NCBI GenBank assembly: GCA_963789265.1
Contig: CAWBKB010000003.1
Coordinates: 288,001 to 352,000, forward strand
Reading direction: 5' to 3'
DNA length: 64,000 nucleotides
Source: an uncultured delta proteobacterium
GTDB taxonomy: Bacteria; Desulfobacterota; Desulfomonilia; Desulfomonilales; Desulfomonilaceae
Part shown: positions 61,568 through 64,000 of the stretch, piece by piece
Numbering within the stretch: position 1 is the stretch's first letter
Layout: the number at the start of each line of letters is the position of its first letter
The notes under the pieces: model-generated
Seen by the model: only the letters and a program-made list of their open reading frames with translations
Databases searched by the model: none
What the model was told of the DNA's origin: nothing
Position numbers and translations under genes: made by a program

Positions 61568-62989
61568 ATGGCCGGTGCGAGCTGCGCGATCCGAGGAACG
61601 TTCTTCGACTTTATCGATGACCCGTGGAAGCACATTGGACACGAGCCGGAGTCGGCCCGCTTTACTCGCGATGGGCTGCTCGTCGTCAAGAATGGAATTA
61701 TCGAGGATTTTGGCACATTCGCCGACGTCTCGCGGCGACACCCAGACCTGCCGGTCACCCACCTTCAAAACCGGCTGATTCTCCCAGGGCTCATCGACGG
61801 GCACATCCACTTTCCGCAGTTGCGCGTCCTCGGGGCCTACGGCGCCCAGTTGCTGGATTGGCTGCAAACCTGGATCTTCCCAGAAGAAGAGAAATACAAG
61901 GATCGGGACTACGCGCGCGGCGCTGCACGGTATTTCTTCGACGCCCTGCTCGCCGGGGGCACGACAACCTGCCTGGCATTCACCACCAGCAGCCCGGTAT
62001 CGACGGAGGAGTTCTTCGACGAGGCCGCCCGCCGCGACATGCGTGTGATCGCGGGCCTGACCGGCATCGACCGTTTCGCTCCCGAGGGCACCGTGATTAC
62101 GCCGGATTATTTCTACCGAGAGTCCCAGCGATTGATCGAGCGCTACCACCGAAAAGGCCGCAACCTTTACGCGATTACCCCGCGCTTCGCGGTGGGTTGC
62201 ACGGACGAAATGATGGAACGCTGTAGGCAGTTGAAGGAGGAGCACGACGACTGCTGGATCAACACGCACATCTCCGAGAACCCGTCTGAGCTTCGCACTT
62301 CGCGCCAATACTATCCCGATTGCAACGACTACACGAGCGTTCACGAAAAACACGGGTTGCTGGGACCTAAATTCACAGCGGGCCACGGGATCTGGCTCTC
62401 CAATGACGAATTGCGACGCTTCTCAAAGGCGGGCGCGACCGTTGCGTTTTGTCCACTTTCGAACCTGTTCCTCGGCAGCGGTCTCTTCCGCCTGGGCCGG
62501 GCCACAGACCCCGAGCACCCCGTCCGTATCACCGTGGGCAGCGATATTGGCGGGGGCAACGCGTTCACCATCATTCGGGTGCTCGAGGAGGCTTACAAGG
62601 TCGGCATGTGCAACAACACTATGCTGGACGGTTCCGTTAACCCTCGCGAGCAGGACATCGCGGAGGCTGATCGCAACAAGCTGTCGCCCTACCGGGCATT
62701 TTACCTCGCCACCTTGGGCGGCGCCCATGCCCTCTACCTCGACGACATGCTGGGCAACTTCGACAAGGGCAAGGAGGCCGATTTCGTAGCCATCGACTGG
62801 AACGCGGGTCAGTTGGCAATGAGCTGGCACCAGTCGCTCATCGTGGAAGGCGCCAGCCCCGAGACCGTAGAGCAAGCGGCCCAACTCCTGTTCGGTGTCA
62901 TGACGGTCGGCGACGATCGCAACATCGACGAGACGTGGGTCGCCGGAAAGCGCGCCTACAAGAAAGCTGTTGAGGCAGCGCAGGCGTAA
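61568..62989 (+). CDS. guaD: Guanine deaminase
   Basis: 'PGLIDGHIHFPQ', 'YGAQLLDWL', 'YAITPRFA', 'THISEN', 'CPLSNLFLGSGLF', 'SDIGGG'; RBS gaggagg. Confidence 0.93.
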   Translation: MAGASCAIRGTFFDFIDDPWKHIGHEPESARFTRDGLLVVKNGIIEDFGTFADVSRRHPDLPVTHLQNRLILPGLIDGHIHFPQLRVLGAYGAQLLDWLQTWIFPEEEKYKDRDYARGAARYFFDALLAGGTTTCLAFTTSSPVSTEEFFDEAARRDMRVIAGLTGIDRFAPEGTVITPDYFYRESQRLIERYHRKGRNLYAITPRFAVGCTDEMMERCRQLKEEHDDCWINTHISENPSELRTSRQYYPDCNDYTSVHEKHGLLGPKFTAGHGIWLSNDELRRFSKAGATVAFCPLSNLFLGSGLFRLGRATDPEHPVRITVGSDIGGGNAFTIIRVLEEAYKVGMCNNTMLDGSVNPREQDIAEADRNKLSPYRAFYLATLGGAHALYLDDMLGNFDKGKEADFVAIDWNAGQLAMSWHQSLIVEGASPETVEQAAQLLFGVMTVGDDRNIDETWVAGKRAYKKAVEAAQA

Positions 62990-63069
62990 GTCCAGGGCCG
63001 CCGGATCGAGGCCCCTGGCGCTTTGCGTGACAGGCACGGTCAAATGCCTTAAACATAAGGAGGTCAAGC

Positions 63070-63717
63070 TTGGAAGTGCGTGTCTCTCGGGCTTCCGCGG
63101 TTGTGGTGCAACGGGTTCCCGTTGCCCTCGCGGATTGGTTCATGGAATGGCAACGGGGCGTCACCGGCGCTGCCGAGGGCTTTGCCGGTTATCGCGACAC
63201 CGACATCTACCCCCCGGCTGACAGCCAGCGGGGCGAGTGGGTGGTGGTGATCCATTTCGTCGATGAGAAGTCGCTGCAGGAGTGGCTGGGCTCGTCAGTC
63301 CGGGCGCAGTGGGTGGAGAAGCTGCGGGCGCAGGTCGGGGACTTTGAACTCAAGGCGCTGCCGGGCGGTTTCGGCCCCTGGTTTGCGGGCCTCGCTCACG
63401 GCGAAGAAGGAGCCCCTCCGCCGTCCTGGAAGATGGCCCTCACGGTGCTTCTTAGCCTCTATCCCACGGTCATGGTGCTCACCCTCTTTCCGGGGCCGTA
63501 CATGCAGCCCCTGGGACTGGCCTGGGCCATGCTGATCAGCAACGTCCTGAGCGTGTGCATTCTCCAGTGGGCGGTGATGCCGGTGCTGAACTCCCTGCTC
63601 GCGAGTTGGCTCAAGGCAAACTCGGAGCAACAGAGGGCATTCTCAATCGGCGGACTTTTCCTGATCCTTGCCCTATTGGCGGGGTTGGCTCTTCTGTTCC
63701 GTCGAGTGACGGGCTAG
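63070..63717 (+). CDS. ABM-domain membrane protein
   Basis: N-terminal dimeric alpha/beta-barrel-like part ('F..E..L..W..S..R') and 'PP.WKMAL.V.L.LYP.V' TM region; RBS aggagg before TTG. Confidence 0.75.
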   Translation: MEVRVSRASAVVVQRVPVALADWFMEWQRGVTGAAEGFAGYRDTDIYPPADSQRGEWVVVIHFVDEKSLQEWLGSSVRAQWVEKLRAQVGDFELKALPGGFGPWFAGLAHGEEGAPPPSWKMALTVLLSLYPTVMVLTLFPGPYMQPLGLAWAMLISNVLSVCILQWAVMPVLNSLLASWLKANSEQQRAFSIGGLFLILALLAGLALLFRRVTG

Positions 63718-63968
63718 CAGGGCCACGAGTGATGCATCTGTCATGATGCTCTGATGATTGCCAAGGCCTGAGGCGTGATGCACTCTCAGGCAAACGGACG
63801 AACCAAACAAATATAGCGGGGCACTTGCGGAAAGCGTCCCGGCTTGTCATCCCACAGGACATCGTATGACGGGCACCGATCCACGTGGATGACGGCGCGA
63901 ACGCTTTCTGCCAGCCACTCTCCTGCTAATAAGGCAGGAATGCTTTACCTTGATGGAGGTATCCGAAG

Positions 63969-64000
63969 ATGGATCTCAACACGGTTTCTGATCTAGCTCG
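63969..64000 (+). CDS. Start of next gene, truncated by the window edge; possibly a xanthine dehydrogenase FAD subunit
   Basis: RBS ggaggt followed by MDLNTVSDLA. Only 10 codons are visible; the call rests on N-terminal resemblance and the guaD context. Confidence 0.3.
   Translation, partial: MDLNTVSDLA

Noticed and set aside
63770..63805. Glycine-riboswitch-like 'ctctcaggcaaacggac'
   Set aside because: The upstream GGAGA/CCGAAG aptamer core is absent.

Overview
This is a deltaproteobacterial chromosomal segment, probably Desulfomonilaceae-like, judged from gene content and one lineage-typical small protein family. Positions 1-45800 are mostly housekeeping and envelope genes: DUF2491/PspA, tatA, alpha-2-macroglobulin, an HTH-DksA fusion, rpsP-khpA-rimM-trmD-rplS-rnhB, purD, nifS-nifU, lsrF, glyQS, two-component genes and a D-Ala-D-Ala carboxypeptidase. 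The intergenic spaces there are rich in REP/MITE-like repeats. Main points: (1) a nested stack of mobile elements at 10467-12946, in which a group II intron and a 208-bp MITE sit inside REP hairpins of a larger TIR/TSD-bounded element; (2) a UxxC thioredoxin-like selenoprotein missed by the ORF track (17208-16744, minus strand); (3) a ~13.8-kb integrated element at tRNA-Arg(CCT), bounded by 55-bp att repeats (45841-59631). The element carries a tyrosine integrase, xis, primase-helicase, an iteron-like origin and a serine resolvase. It also carries a tightly coupled three-gene operon, TIGR04255-like / HicB-like / HicA-like, which is the best candidate for an undescribed toxin-antitoxin-accessory (possibly anti-phage) system. 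A purine-catabolism-like cluster (guaD) follows attR. Several single-base frameshifts in conserved genes (trmD, khpA, rplS, purD) point to assembly indel errors rather than true pseudogenes. All family assignments come from motif recognition by eye; no searches were run.
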